Of a DNA stretch of 64,000 nt, positions 28,258-38,875 are shown piece after piece. Source of the stretch: a virus. Every line of letters starts with the position of its first letter. Within the stretch, counting starts at the first letter, position 1. The position numbers and the translations under genes are program-made. The notes under the pieces are model-generated. The model saw nothing but the letters and a program-made list of their open reading frames with translations, was not told where the DNA came from and searched no databases. The DNA is taken from positions 7,416 to 71,415 of the IMG/VR virus record IMGVR_UViG_3300022939_000017; one strand, 5' to 3'.

Positions 28258-28317
28258 TTACATAGTAAATATACGAAAAAAAGTTGAAATGACCAAGCAA
28301 AAAGTGAATTATTTTTG
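28251..28317 (-). promoter_or_regulatory. Repeated early-promoter element, copy 3
   Basis: Near-duplicate of 15458-15524. Confidence 0.75.
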
Positions 28318-28995
28318 CAAAAAATTAAATATTTTTTTAGCTAATTTTTCATGACCTTCTTGTGATAAATGAAAATCACCATTATCGTGAATATTATTTT
28401 CTGTAAGTTTGTTTTCTAAAGACCAATTCATAATATTTGATAGTTCATTTGGTATGTACTTATCAAATGGTGATTTAATTTCTGGCCATGCTAACATTTG
28501 AAAATCAACATTTTTAATCGATGAAGAAATAAGTTTTAAAATTGAATAAGTTGAAAATATATCATCAAACATTATATAGTGTTCACCAGATAATCGTGCT
28601 CCATATGTATCCGAAAATTGTGTAAACTCATCATCTCTATTATCATCATCTCTATTAAACATACCAGGTAGAATATGTATAATATTATCAACCTTACCCC
28701 AATTACCTTCTAAATAAAATTCAGAATCACTTCTTTTATCTAAAAGTTCAAAAGATTTTCTATGATAATCTGTAAGTTGGAATAGTATTAATGAGTTTTT
28801 TCGTATTTCTTCATTTAAAAAAGCAGTAATTAAAGATTTTCTTAAAAATTCATTTCCTGCACTATTTCTTGAATAATCAAATATTTCAGATATATTCAAC
28901 TCATGGGCCACTATGCGAGAAAATGGGATGTTTTGTCCTTTATGAGAAGTACCAGATGAATGAGAACATCCAAATATATAAATGTTTGAGTACAT
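28309..28995 (-). CDS. SGNH/GDSL-like hydrolase or acyltransferase
   Basis: IFGCSHS (block I), SAGNE, C-terminal DFHLSQEGH. Confidence 0.65.
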   Translation of the reverse strand: MYSNIYIFGCSHSSGTSHKGQNIPFSRIVAHELNISEIFDYSRNSAGNEFLRKSLITAFLNEEIRKNSLILFQLTDYHRKSFELLDKRSDSEFYLEGNWGKVDNIIHILPGMFNRDDDNRDDEFTQFSDTYGARLSGEHYIMFDDIFSTYSILKLISSSIKNVDFQMLAWPEIKSPFDKYIPNELSNIMNWSLENKLTENNIHDNGDFHLSQEGHEKLAKKIFNFLQK

Positions 28996-29747
28996 TATAT
29001 TTTTGCTGAACCAACATCAATTGGTTCTCTTTTCATATGATTACCTGTTGAGAAATCTGAACCTTCTTTTACATATCCTGTTAAGAATGCTTTTCTAAAT
29101 CTTGTAGAATTGTTAGCTTCAGACCCATGCACTACATTAGAATGCAATAATGCTACTTGACCTTTTCGTAGATACCCATCTATTTTTTTAAAACCATGGT
29201 CTGGTGGTAATACACAAGGTTTTCCTCTTTCGTTTTTCCAATTCTTTGGATTTGATTTTGTTCTTTCATCATCAATTTCAATAGGCAATCTTCCTAATAA
29301 GTGAGAACCTTCTAAATACCAAACAGAACCATTGTTAGGGTCATGGTTATCAAAAGCAAGAGAAATATTTACAATTTCATTTCTATTACATTGGGTATAA
29401 AATATATTTTGGTGTTGGTCTCTACCTAATTGTCCTGGTGGTTTAAAATAAGCCCATGTTTGTACAGCAAATATTTTACCTTGCATTAAAAATTCACAAG
29501 CTTCTATAATTTTAGGATGTTTCATTAATTCAGAAAGTTTATCTGAATCTTTATGTGGATACATATATGGGTCATATTCTCCCCACTGTCCATCTGTATC
29601 ATTTTCTTGTCTTTGGACTCTGATTCGTTCTAATTCCTCAGCATAAAAATCTACTTCTTCCTCTGTTAATAGATTTAAAATAGATACTCCTTTGTATCTC
29701 CAATCAAAAAGTAGTTGTTGTTTTTCTTCGTGTGATAAATAACCCAT
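28995..29747 (-). CDS. Phytanoyl-CoA dioxygenase family (PhyH) 2OG-Fe(II) enzyme
   Basis: YFKPPG, HQN, NGSVWYLEGSH, VVHGSEANNSTRFR. Confidence 0.85.
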   Translation of the reverse strand: MGYLSHEEKQQLLFDWRYKGVSILNLLTEEEVDFYAEELERIRVQRQENDTDGQWGEYDPYMYPHKDSDKLSELMKHPKIIEACEFLMQGKIFAVQTWAYFKPPGQLGRDQHQNIFYTQCNRNEIVNISLAFDNHDPNNGSVWYLEGSHLLGRLPIEIDDERTKSNPKNWKNERGKPCVLPPDHGFKKIDGYLRKGQVALLHSNVVHGSEANNSTRFRKAFLTGYVKEGSDFSTGNHMKREPIDVGSAKI

Positions 29748-29779
29748 GTAACCTAATTTTTAGTTTATATCTATATATA

Positions 29780-30175
29780 TTACGATTTGTAAAATTGTAA
29801 TAAATTTGGTAAGTATAATTTTAAATTTGGAATTTCTTTTGATAAAAGTTGTATTGCTATTCTATTTGATTCTGATACTGATTTATCAAGAATATTTCCC
29901 TTATCATCATATTGTGTTTCTTTAGGTCCTTTTATTCTCCAATCTAAACTTACTACTCTATAAAATGGATTTGTTAGATAGTTACTAAATTGAATTGAAT
30001 TTATCTCATAAATAGGAGAACCTTTATCATTTGATTTTTGACAAAAAAACCGCGTTATATATCCTCTTGTATAATCAATTTCATTTGGAGTAGGTATATG
30101 AGTTTTTACTCTTATCCTATTAAAAGAGTGTTTTTGATTTGTCAACTCATTATATTTATCTACTATATTTTTCAT
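29780..30175 (-). CDS. Hypothetical baseplate-region protein
   Basis: PTPNEIDYTRGYITRFF; coupled to the upstream baseplate gene. Confidence 0.65.
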   Translation of the reverse strand: MKNIVDKYNELTNQKHSFNRIRVKTHIPTPNEIDYTRGYITRFFCQKSNDKGSPIYEINSIQFSNYLTNPFYRVVSLDWRIKGPKETQYDDKGNILDKSVSESNRIAIQLLSKEIPNLKLYLPNLLQFYKS

Positions 30176-32580
30176 TATGAGAAATTTCTTAACTTTCCTT
30201 TAACTTTAGTTTTCCATAAACCACCCCCAAGTTCGTGTCCTACTTCTACCACTTGAAAGGCACTTTGTTTAAATTTCGCAGGTAAATCTTTTATCTTAAA
30301 TATTTGACCTGTTACAATTCCTGTTATTCCAAATGTTTCAAATTCAAAACTTATTGGAATAAGTACATTTGTAGATGATTCAGTTGTTGCTTTTGATAAT
30401 AATTTAAATAAAGCTCTATCAGTCCAACCAGCTACCAGTAAAACGGATTCCGCTTCTGCATTCGCAGTATTAAAATTTATCCAAGTACTTCCTTCGGTAA
30501 TATCATAATCACCATTTCTATCTTTTACTCCAGTAATTACTTTTCCATATTGTAAAAATAATTCAAAATTAGCTTTTCTTATTTCATCCTCATCTGGTGT
30601 TTCTTCTTCATCACCTGTTTCATCAGCTGGTTCTTTTTCAGGTTTAAATGAATTTAAAATTGATAAGACAGGGTCTTGTTCTACATTGAAAATATTTGAT
30701 AACTTTACATTAGTTGCACCATCACTATTCGTATTAACACTCGTTGAATTTCTTTGACCTATTATTGAATTTTTCATCGCAGCTGGTAAATCCATATCAA
30801 AGTTTGAAGTTAAAAATGGTGTGTCTACTCCACTTGACACAAATTTAGGACATTCATCAAATAAACTTCTATCAGGTGAACAAAGTGTATTATCATAAAC
30901 TTCAAGTTGATTATCTGCATCTTGTTTATTAGGAGTTTGAGCTATTTCAAAATACCAATAATTATCAACTGCGGATGCAATACCATTTAAAAGTTCTAAA
31001 TATATATCTTTTATAACAACATTATTTCTTCCCAATACTTCACAGAAAAATTCAAAATTAACAAACAAGTCTTTTAAATATCCGTAAGTATGTGCTTCAA
31101 AATCTTGAGTTATTGTACCATCTGGCCATTTATATTCATTTAAGGGTTTGACCTGTGGAAAACACATATCATCCTCTATGTCAAATTGGTCTAAATCCGC
31201 AGTTTCTTCAGGTACTCCATTTTTTATCGAAAGAAATGGTGAATTTCCTTCAACCTCCGATGTTGATGATAATGCCTTTATCAAATCAAATGCAGGTGTA
31301 TTTCTATTTGGTATAAATACTTTAGAAACATCAGTAGAAAACATATGTTTAAATCCTCTACACAATGTGTAATTGGTTTCTATTTTAAAATTCATAGGTT
31401 TTACACCAGAACAAGGTGGTGCGTTATCTGTACGCTCTGTTAAATCTACTGCATAAGAATTTAAAATTTCAAAAGCAAGTTCTAATCTTATAAAACTCGA
31501 AGTATCAAAAATTTGGATACCTGATGGAATTTTAGCATTATAATCATTTTTTTTAGAATTTATACTTTGTCCTTCTAATTTTTCTGTTAAAGTTTCTCGG
31601 ATTTTTTCATCCATATTAATAAAATTACCTTTATGGGCCCAACCCTTTCCCCTACTATCTTTACCCACAGTCAATAAATTTTTAACTTTTTGTGTTTGTT
31701 TTTCTTGAGGTAATCTATTAAACATTTGCATAAAAAGAGAACGGCCAATAAAATAATCAATTCCTTTAGCATAAAACCGTTGTTGTGCTTTAATTTTTGA
31801 TTTTGAAAATTTTAATCCTCCTTTTGGTTTGTTATCCGCATCAACATCACCACCTTTATGTTGTTGTAAAAATGCTGGTATTTCTCCTATTGTTGTAAGT
31901 TCAACATCTAATATATAAGTTTCACCCTCTGAATTTTTTAAACCACTCTTGGTTATAAAACCAAGATATCCACTATATTTGTAATCTGAGTTTTGTTCCT
32001 TTTCTTTAACATGAATAAAATTATTATACTTTGCCATTTCACATGCACCATTACTAAGAGTTAAAGATGCCTTTTGTTGAAGTGATTTTGGGTGATTCCA
32101 ACCATATTCAACTAATACTGTATATCCTGGTTCTGCAAAGTATTTCTGAAGTGTTTCAGCTTGTTTTAATGTAAAGGCCTTGATAGAAAAATTAGTTTTT
32201 CTTGATAATCCACCTGCACCAAATGTTAAACTTAAAGCATCAATTGTAGGTGATGGTCTAAATATTCTATCTGTTTCAGGTGTTCTTTGAACTGAATATG
32301 ATTCTTTTTTACCAGCCTTTGTTGTTGTAACTGATTCTGAAAATGCATAAACATTGTTTCCTCCAAAATCTACACCAACTCTACCAGATTTACCACTATC
32401 ACCGTAAGTATCCACAAAGGCATTTGATGAATTAATAGATTCAAGTATCAATCCATTATTATAAGCAGATGCAATTCTTAACCACGGCATATATTCACTT
32501 ACTTCTCTATTATTACCGCTTCGGTCGTTTAATAGTTTAGTAACACCTGGTTCGAAATTTGATAAGTTTGGAAATAACAT
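30175..32580 (-). CDS. Putative baseplate hub protein
   Basis: PGYTVLVEYGW; C-terminal GITGI..GQIF...FQVVEVGHEL...WKTKV typical of the hub fold; follows the LysM-like gene. Confidence 0.6.
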   Translation of the reverse strand: MLFPNLSNFEPGVTKLLNDRSGNNREVSEYMPWLRIASAYNNGLILESINSSNAFVDTYGDSGKSGRVGVDFGGNNVYAFSESVTTTKAGKKESYSVQRTPETDRIFRPSPTIDALSLTFGAGGLSRKTNFSIKAFTLKQAETLQKYFAEPGYTVLVEYGWNHPKSLQQKASLTLSNGACEMAKYNNFIHVKEKEQNSDYKYSGYLGFITKSGLKNSEGETYILDVELTTIGEIPAFLQQHKGGDVDADNKPKGGLKFSKSKIKAQQRFYAKGIDYFIGRSLFMQMFNRLPQEKQTQKVKNLLTVGKDSRGKGWAHKGNFINMDEKIRETLTEKLEGQSINSKKNDYNAKIPSGIQIFDTSSFIRLELAFEILNSYAVDLTERTDNAPPCSGVKPMNFKIETNYTLCRGFKHMFSTDVSKVFIPNRNTPAFDLIKALSSTSEVEGNSPFLSIKNGVPEETADLDQFDIEDDMCFPQVKPLNEYKWPDGTITQDFEAHTYGYLKDLFVNFEFFCEVLGRNNVVIKDIYLELLNGIASAVDNYWYFEIAQTPNKQDADNQLEVYDNTLCSPDRSLFDECPKFVSSGVDTPFLTSNFDMDLPAAMKNSIIGQRNSTSVNTNSDGATNVKLSNIFNVEQDPVLSILNSFKPEKEPADETGDEEETPDEDEIRKANFELFLQYGKVITGVKDRNGDYDITEGSTWINFNTANAEAESVLLVAGWTDRALFKLLSKATTESSTNVLIPISFEFETFGITGIVTGQIFKIKDLPAKFKQSAFQVVEVGHELGGGLWKTKVKGKLRNFS

Positions 32581-32582
32581 AA

Positions 32583-32873
32583 TTATTTATTAAAATTATT
32601 TATAATTTCTAAATAGTCTTTAGGTATTCTAAGAATAGTACCATCTTCAAATGCAAATGGAGCATCGTGTATATTGTTTGCCGCTAATATAATCCAATGT
32701 AATGAAGAATCTCCATAGAACTGATTTGCAAGAGTATCTAATCTATCTCCTGTTTGAGTAACGATATAGATATCATTATCCTTTAATGGAATATTTGGAT
32801 ATATCTTTGATTTATATACCTCTCTACCATCTTTGAGTTTTTGAGTTTTGTTATTTGAATATCTACTTGCCAT
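32583..32873 (-). CDS. LysM-like baseplate wedge / tail X protein
   Basis: GDRLDTLANQFYGDSSLHWIILAAN...GTILRIP. Confidence 0.85.
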   Translation of the reverse strand: MASRYSNNKTQKLKDGREVYKSKIYPNIPLKDNDIYIVTQTGDRLDTLANQFYGDSSLHWIILAANNIHDAPFAFEDGTILRIPKDYLEIINNFNK

Positions 32874-32881
32874 AATTTATA

Positions 32882-35683
32882 TTATCCTACTTTATATACT
32901 CCACCGTTAGCCTTTCTATTAGCTTCTCTTTCTTCTCTTTTCTGTTTGAGCTCTTGTGCCTTTATTTTATCTCTTTCTTCTTTTTTCTTTAAGTTTTCTT
33001 CTCTTTGTTTTTTTAGTTTTTCTTCTCTTTCTTTTGCTCTTCGTTCTTTTTCTAATCTAATGTTTTCTTCTTTTTCTAATCTTGCATCTTCTGCATCTCT
33101 TGCTAATTGTAAAGCATCAGGTTGAGTACCAATTGGGTCATCTATATTCTGTTTTACCCAATCAAGATATTTTTTATTTCCGATTATTTCACCAGTAGCT
33201 GCATTATATAATCCTGTTTGATAACAAACATATTCATATTCAGTCCCTCTAACTTCATTTACTTTTTTATAATAATATCCAACATTACCATCTATATCTG
33301 TTACTTTTCTAACATCTTTTGGATTTCTATATTTTATTTCTCCAATGGCCCAATCTTCAACTCCTTGAGATTTCAATTCTTCTGCCTTTTTATCAGCATC
33401 ACTTAAAACTTTAGATTCTGTTGTTTCTTTTGTTTGTTCTTTTCCTGTATCCTTTGGTGTATCAGTTGATTCTTTACCAGTATTTAAAGATTTAGGAGTA
33501 GAATTAGTACCTGAATTGTTATTTTCTTTAGAATTTTGTTCATCTTGTACAATTCCTCTATTATCTACTTTAGGTGGTGATTTGGAGAAACTATCAGAAT
33601 TAGCAGATGAACCACCTCCTATATTAGAAGTACCTCCACCTGTTTGTGAATCTCCACTAAATGAACCTCCTTGAGCCCCTCTTTTTTCATTTACAAGTTT
33701 AATAGCCTCATCACTTCTCTTATATGAATATAAAGTTTGTTCATCTCCAACTTGTTCAATAAATTTAAAAGTAATTGAAACATCCACTAACTTTGGTAAT
33801 TGCAATCCATCTATATCAATTTCCCAATTACTATTATCTGGAACTGTGTATGAAAGTGATTCTATAAATGATGTTTTATTATTATACATATCTCCTAACC
33901 TAAATTCGATAATTGGTGGATTTGCATATTTTATATCATTATGAGTTGATATTTTTGGATATGCTTGTTTTGATAAAAATTCAATTTTTTGCCACATAGT
34001 AGCCAACTCAGTAGGATTGTAACAAAACATTTGAAGTGTAAGTGCTAAGTTACGCTCTACCCCATCGTATGTATAAAAACTAAAAGGATTTCCAAAAAAT
34101 TTAGATGTACTCCATTGTGGTGAAACTGTTTCTGTTATACCAGTTACACTTGTTCTGAAATGTACAGATTTTCCTCCTTTTGGTTGTATCCAAAACGGAA
34201 TTAAATCTAATCTTTCTAATTCTTCAGTATTACCAGTTAATCCTTCAGAGTTTATCCTATCTCCACCATTTGTAATCCCATATAAGGATTCCATATTTTC
34301 AGAAGTACCACTTTCACCACTATTCTTTGGATATTTATTTTCAGAAGTATATGGATTTTTTGAATACCCCTTTAATCTAAAAAACTTACTTTCTCTTGAA
34401 CTTGCATTTTGTGGTAATACACTTAAATCTATTCTTGTGAAATTACCACTTTGGTCATCATCTGTTGCTTCTTCTCTAACAATATCAGAATATTTTAATT
34501 CATTTGAATAGTTAGTGTTGGTAGATTTACCTTCTCCTAATTTTTTATTGTTTTCTTGTGATAAATCTGTTTTTCTTTGTAATTCATTTTCAGTTTCTGC
34601 AGTTGGAGTTTGTATATCTGTATCTACACTCTCTTCTGTAATGTAAGTATCTGTATATGATGTATATGTAGAATTAGGTGAATAATTTCTTTGATTATTT
34701 GAACTTATACTATCACCAAGAGTTTTTTTCTTATTTAATTTTTCAGCAACATCCTTTTTTAAATCTACCTCTTTTTCTGAATCAGGAAGTGATAGTTGTG
34801 TTTCTCTACTATCATTTTCTGTAAATGGTAAATTAACAGTTGAATATTTTTCTGTATCTGTATATTCAATAGAAGGAGTTACTTTTCCTACTTGTTTATT
34901 TTTATTGAGTAAATTTTTTGTTTTACTTTTTAACTCATCAATTTTATCTGTTGCTTGAGATTCTAAAAGTTGAAGTTTATCGTTCTCAGGTTCATTATAT
35001 TGATTATTTCTAATTGTAGTTGAATATGGATTTACAGAAGAATATTCATACGAACCATTTGTTGGTTCATTTTCTCCTAATCCAGCAGGTGAACCAAATA
35101 GTTTATCTCTTAACTTATCTTTAACAAGTGAAATACCCTGTCCTAAGATATTTCTACCGATAGTTCTAAAATTACCACCACCAGTTTGTTTTAAGAATTT
35201 TCCAAATTCAGTTCCATTAGCATCATTTCTTATTTTACCAAGAGTAATCATTGTATCAGGTTCAATTCCGGCCTGTAAACCTCCATGACCATCAACATAA
35301 GTTGGAATCATTGCATTGGGAATACCTAATCGAGAATTAATACCATCTCTTGCTTGATTTAAAGAAGTTACTTTGCCACCAAATACAAATTTACCAAACT
35401 TACCTTCTGTGATTTTCCCTAAACCTTGTCCAATTAACCCACCATCACCGGCAGAACCACCAGTTGCCTGTTTCATCTTCTCAACTGATGATGTACTTCT
35501 ATTAGCAATTCTTACAGATTCATTACCATATATTAAAGGATTATTTAATTCTACTGCAGACTTAATTCTAATACCTGTTGCTTCTTGTTCAATAACAGTA
35601 TCCTTATCAGGCTTTACTGAGGTATAATTAGTACCAAAAACCCAATTTGATTGTCCTTCGTATATTTCCTTTAATGTTGGCAT
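32882..35683 (-). CDS. Putative tail tube initiator/baseplate protein with long low-complexity extensions
   Basis: Central FRTSVTGITETVSPQW...YTYDGVER...RLGDMY...WEI domain; directly after the tape measure. Confidence 0.6.
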   Translation of the reverse strand: MPTLKEIYEGQSNWVFGTNYTSVKPDKDTVIEQEATGIRIKSAVELNNPLIYGNESVRIANRSTSSVEKMKQATGGSAGDGGLIGQGLGKITEGKFGKFVFGGKVTSLNQARDGINSRLGIPNAMIPTYVDGHGGLQAGIEPDTMITLGKIRNDANGTEFGKFLKQTGGGNFRTIGRNILGQGISLVKDKLRDKLFGSPAGLGENEPTNGSYEYSSVNPYSTTIRNNQYNEPENDKLQLLESQATDKIDELKSKTKNLLNKNKQVGKVTPSIEYTDTEKYSTVNLPFTENDSRETQLSLPDSEKEVDLKKDVAEKLNKKKTLGDSISSNNQRNYSPNSTYTSYTDTYITEESVDTDIQTPTAETENELQRKTDLSQENNKKLGEGKSTNTNYSNELKYSDIVREEATDDDQSGNFTRIDLSVLPQNASSRESKFFRLKGYSKNPYTSENKYPKNSGESGTSENMESLYGITNGGDRINSEGLTGNTEELERLDLIPFWIQPKGGKSVHFRTSVTGITETVSPQWSTSKFFGNPFSFYTYDGVERNLALTLQMFCYNPTELATMWQKIEFLSKQAYPKISTHNDIKYANPPIIEFRLGDMYNNKTSFIESLSYTVPDNSNWEIDIDGLQLPKLVDVSITFKFIEQVGDEQTLYSYKRSDEAIKLVNEKRGAQGGSFSGDSQTGGGTSNIGGGSSANSDSFSKSPPKVDNRGIVQDEQNSKENNNSGTNSTPKSLNTGKESTDTPKDTGKEQTKETTESKVLSDADKKAEELKSQGVEDWAIGEIKYRNPKDVRKVTDIDGNVGYYYKKVNEVRGTEYEYVCYQTGLYNAATGEIIGNKKYLDWVKQNIDDPIGTQPDALQLARDAEDARLEKEENIRLEKERRAKEREEKLKKQREENLKKKEERDKIKAQELKQKREEREANRKANGGVYKVG

Positions 35684-35686
35684 ATA

Positions 35687-38569
35687 TTATTTCTTCGCAG
35701 TTAATAATGTTGCACCTTGATTACCACCTCCATCTGAATTTGCTCGTACAAAATCAGTTAGAAGTTGACCATCTAAGTAAACATTCATATTTTTATTATT
35801 AATAGCATCTCTAACTTCTGTTAATCCTGTTAAAACCATCATTTGATATTCTGAAATGGATTCTTCATCTTTCTCTTCGGATTCTTTACTTGAACCTCCA
35901 CCAAATAATCCAGCAATCGCACCTAAACCAATTCCTACTGCACTAAGTGCAATTAATGTTGGTAGTGCTGCTATTCCAGCAATACTTAATAATCCAAGTG
36001 AACCAGCTAATAGTGTAAAAGCACCTGCAAGTGATAATATACCACCTACTAATGGAACTAAGTTAGTTACCATGTTAGTTAAAGAATCTAAAACATCGAC
36101 TGGTATTAAACTTAAACCAGCCCCAAATACTCCTAACCCAGCTCCAGCTATTCCAAGAGCAATACCGGCAAGTGTTAGTGAGAAGATATATTTACCAAGA
36201 GATGAAAGAGATATAGCAAAACCCACTATATCCTTCCCAAGTTGTGCAAAATCAATACCAGTTGGAAATGTACTTACACCTTTACCAAATACTGCCATAC
36301 CAGCACCTAATATACCCAATGATAATGCTGCCAGACTCAATGGTATGAATAATAAACCTAAAGGTGAAATTAAAGCTCCAAATGCCAATAGTTGTTTTCC
36401 AAGAGAAACAAAATCAAAATCTGGTACTTTTGCAATTTCTTGTAATGCTTTACCAAGAATGTACATAGCTCCTGCTATTAAAATCATAGCACCTGCTCCT
36501 GCTAAAATCCAAGGTCCTGCAAAATTCATAATCGCACCAACAGCCGCTAGTGATAAAGTTAACCCTAAAAGAGCTAAACCTGCAATACCTAATGTATCCA
36601 ATCCTATTCCTTGAAATTCTTTTAATGCTTTACCAAGAACATACATTGCTCCAGCTATGATAACTAAAGCAGCTGCCCCTTTTAAAACATCATTCATTTT
36701 TATTTTACCAATAGATTTACTTAATTTAGATGCACCATCTCCTGCTTTAGGGTCTATTGTTGATGAAGCGGAAGGTTTATTTCCACCACCTACACCGGCC
36801 ATCAATCTATCTTTAAGTTTACCAGCCCCTCGTCCTACTTTTGAGGTTTTAATCCATTTACCTGCTTTGCCCATCATACCTCCAGCAGCACTCATAGTGC
36901 CAGAACCAAAAAGTTTTTTAGCGGCCAACGCAGCACCTTCTTTAACCAACCCCATCATGTTTTTAAGAATTTGACCTGTTGATTTTACAGCTCCTCCTAA
37001 ATTTATTCCCATATCTTTTAAGAATGGTGTTGCTTGACCAGCTGCAACTGCAATACTACCCAATCCTTTAAGTGTTTTACCCATTGGACCACTTGCAAAT
37101 GCGGTTAGTGATTGACTCCATGTATCAAATGTTGAAAGTTGCATTGAACCATCATCATTTAACTTATCCATGTTCTTAGCCATCTTATCTAACTCATCAA
37201 CTGATAAACCTAATGCTTCAGCTGCTTGTCTCCTTTGGATAACATTCATCTTTTCAAATGCAGCTGCACCACCAAGTTGTTTTATGGTTTCTTTAACCGC
37301 TGCTCCAGTCTTACCTTCAAACGCCAATCCTCTTGCTCTGTTAAGATTAATGTTTCTACCTAACATTGCGGATAATTCTAATTCTTTTGTAATTGATGAT
37401 TCAAAATCAAGTAATCCATCGGTTACTTTACCAAGTGTACTCATAGATACACCAAGTTTTGCGGCTTGAACTGCTGATTTAGCTAATTCTTCTGTTGCTG
37501 ATGCTCCATATGATGCGAATAATTCTGAGTTTTGAGCAATATCTTCCATCGCTTGAGATGGTATTACTCCTTGTTGTTTCGCAAATTGTTTTGTTTGTTC
37601 GGCCAAATCCATTGCTTGTTGAGCAGTCATTCCACCAGTTCTTGCAAGTGTACCAACAAGTTTCGCAGCTGATTCACCACTAATACCCATATTAACAGCC
37701 ATCAAGTTGGTGTTTAATCGAGTTCTAAAAGTACTACCTTCAACTCCACCAAATTGATTTGCTAATTCTTTAGTAACTGCAGATGCATCCTTGAATGCTA
37801 AACTTAATAATGTTGTTTGACCAGTTGCTCCTGTCAATCCTCCAACAAATCCACCAAATTCTCTTGTAGTTTTACCAACTTCAGTAGCAACAGCTCCTAT
37901 TCCAATTAATAAAGAACCCGCAATACCACCAACAGTAGATGTAAGTAATGATGCCGTTTCAAGAACACCAGCTATACTATCTTTTATACCTTCATATACT
38001 GCAAGTTGTTTATTGAGAAACTTTTGTTGTTTCTCTGTCATATTTGCAATACCTTGTGCTTTATCTCTTTGTTCTCTTAAATTTTTTGCTATCTGTCCAT
38101 GAATTCCCAAAGTAGGCCCTAAAGACTCATAATGGTCATCTAACTTTTTATTTATTGCAGCTTGAGTTACTACATCTTCTGATGATGTATTTAATAAATC
38201 GTTTTGTAAAGAAGCTATAGATTCAAATGTTTTTCTTTTTTCAGCATCAAGATTTTGGGCATTAGCCATTATCTGAATTCTTGCCCTATCTTTATCTACT
38301 AAACTTGCTTGTAATCCCGTTAATCCTTTTAATTTAGCTTCTTGTTGAATGTAATTATCTATTAATTCTTTATTTTGTTCTTTGGCTTCTTTTATTTCTG
38401 AATTTACATTTTTTATTTTTTCAACAATAGCCTTATATTCTTTATTGGTTTTTTTATAGCTGGCAACCGCTTCCGCACTCTTTAGATTTTGCTGATTAAG
38501 CAAATTAAGAGCTTCTTTTTTTAAAGCATTAGCCTCTTTAAGTGCAGCGTTTATTTCTTTTTGATTCAT
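35687..38569 (-). CDS. Tail tape measure protein
   Basis: 960 aa, helical Ala/Gly/Leu-rich with a hydrophobic C-terminal half and VYLDG end; downstream of tube and chaperones. Confidence 0.85.
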   Translation of the reverse strand: MNQKEINAALKEANALKKEALNLLNQQNLKSAEAVASYKKTNKEYKAIVEKIKNVNSEIKEAKEQNKELIDNYIQQEAKLKGLTGLQASLVDKDRARIQIMANAQNLDAEKRKTFESIASLQNDLLNTSSEDVVTQAAINKKLDDHYESLGPTLGIHGQIAKNLREQRDKAQGIANMTEKQQKFLNKQLAVYEGIKDSIAGVLETASLLTSTVGGIAGSLLIGIGAVATEVGKTTREFGGFVGGLTGATGQTTLLSLAFKDASAVTKELANQFGGVEGSTFRTRLNTNLMAVNMGISGESAAKLVGTLARTGGMTAQQAMDLAEQTKQFAKQQGVIPSQAMEDIAQNSELFASYGASATEELAKSAVQAAKLGVSMSTLGKVTDGLLDFESSITKELELSAMLGRNINLNRARGLAFEGKTGAAVKETIKQLGGAAAFEKMNVIQRRQAAEALGLSVDELDKMAKNMDKLNDDGSMQLSTFDTWSQSLTAFASGPMGKTLKGLGSIAVAAGQATPFLKDMGINLGGAVKSTGQILKNMMGLVKEGAALAAKKLFGSGTMSAAGGMMGKAGKWIKTSKVGRGAGKLKDRLMAGVGGGNKPSASSTIDPKAGDGASKLSKSIGKIKMNDVLKGAAALVIIAGAMYVLGKALKEFQGIGLDTLGIAGLALLGLTLSLAAVGAIMNFAGPWILAGAGAMILIAGAMYILGKALQEIAKVPDFDFVSLGKQLLAFGALISPLGLLFIPLSLAALSLGILGAGMAVFGKGVSTFPTGIDFAQLGKDIVGFAISLSSLGKYIFSLTLAGIALGIAGAGLGVFGAGLSLIPVDVLDSLTNMVTNLVPLVGGILSLAGAFTLLAGSLGLLSIAGIAALPTLIALSAVGIGLGAIAGLFGGGSSKESEEKDEESISEYQMMVLTGLTEVRDAINNKNMNVYLDGQLLTDFVRANSDGGGNQGATLLTAKK

Positions 38570-38592
38570 TTAGCCAACTCCGTAGTAATATA

Positions 38593-38802
38593 CTATTCTA
38601 AATCTTTTAACATCTTTTCTAATTCTTTAGATGCCTTTTCAATTTGTGTCATTTTATTAACAATAGCAACAGGTACTTTTTTGTTTTTCTTTGCTGCCTG
38701 TAACGCTCTATTTGTTGCATTTGTTTTTAATCCATCGAAAAATGAATTTGAAAACTTTTTTGCAGCTCCAAATAGGCCTTCGTTTATTTTTTCTTTTGAC
38801 AT
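38593..38802 (-). CDS. Small hypothetical late protein
   Basis: AGGAG RBS, late-type motif, N-terminal INEG. Confidence 0.65.
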   Translation of the reverse strand: MSKEKINEGLFGAAKKFSNSFFDGLKTNATNRALQAAKKNKKVPVAIVNKMTQIEKASKELEKMLKDLE

Positions 38803-38845
38803 TAGATTTCTCCTTTATACTTTTATACTACTATAAATATAGGGT

Positions 38846-38875
38846 AAAAAAAAAGTGAGGAATTATTTCCTCACT
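38846..38875 (-). terminator. Rho-independent terminator
   Basis: AGTGAGGAA/TTCCTCACT stem followed by a T-run on the minus strand. Confidence 0.75.
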
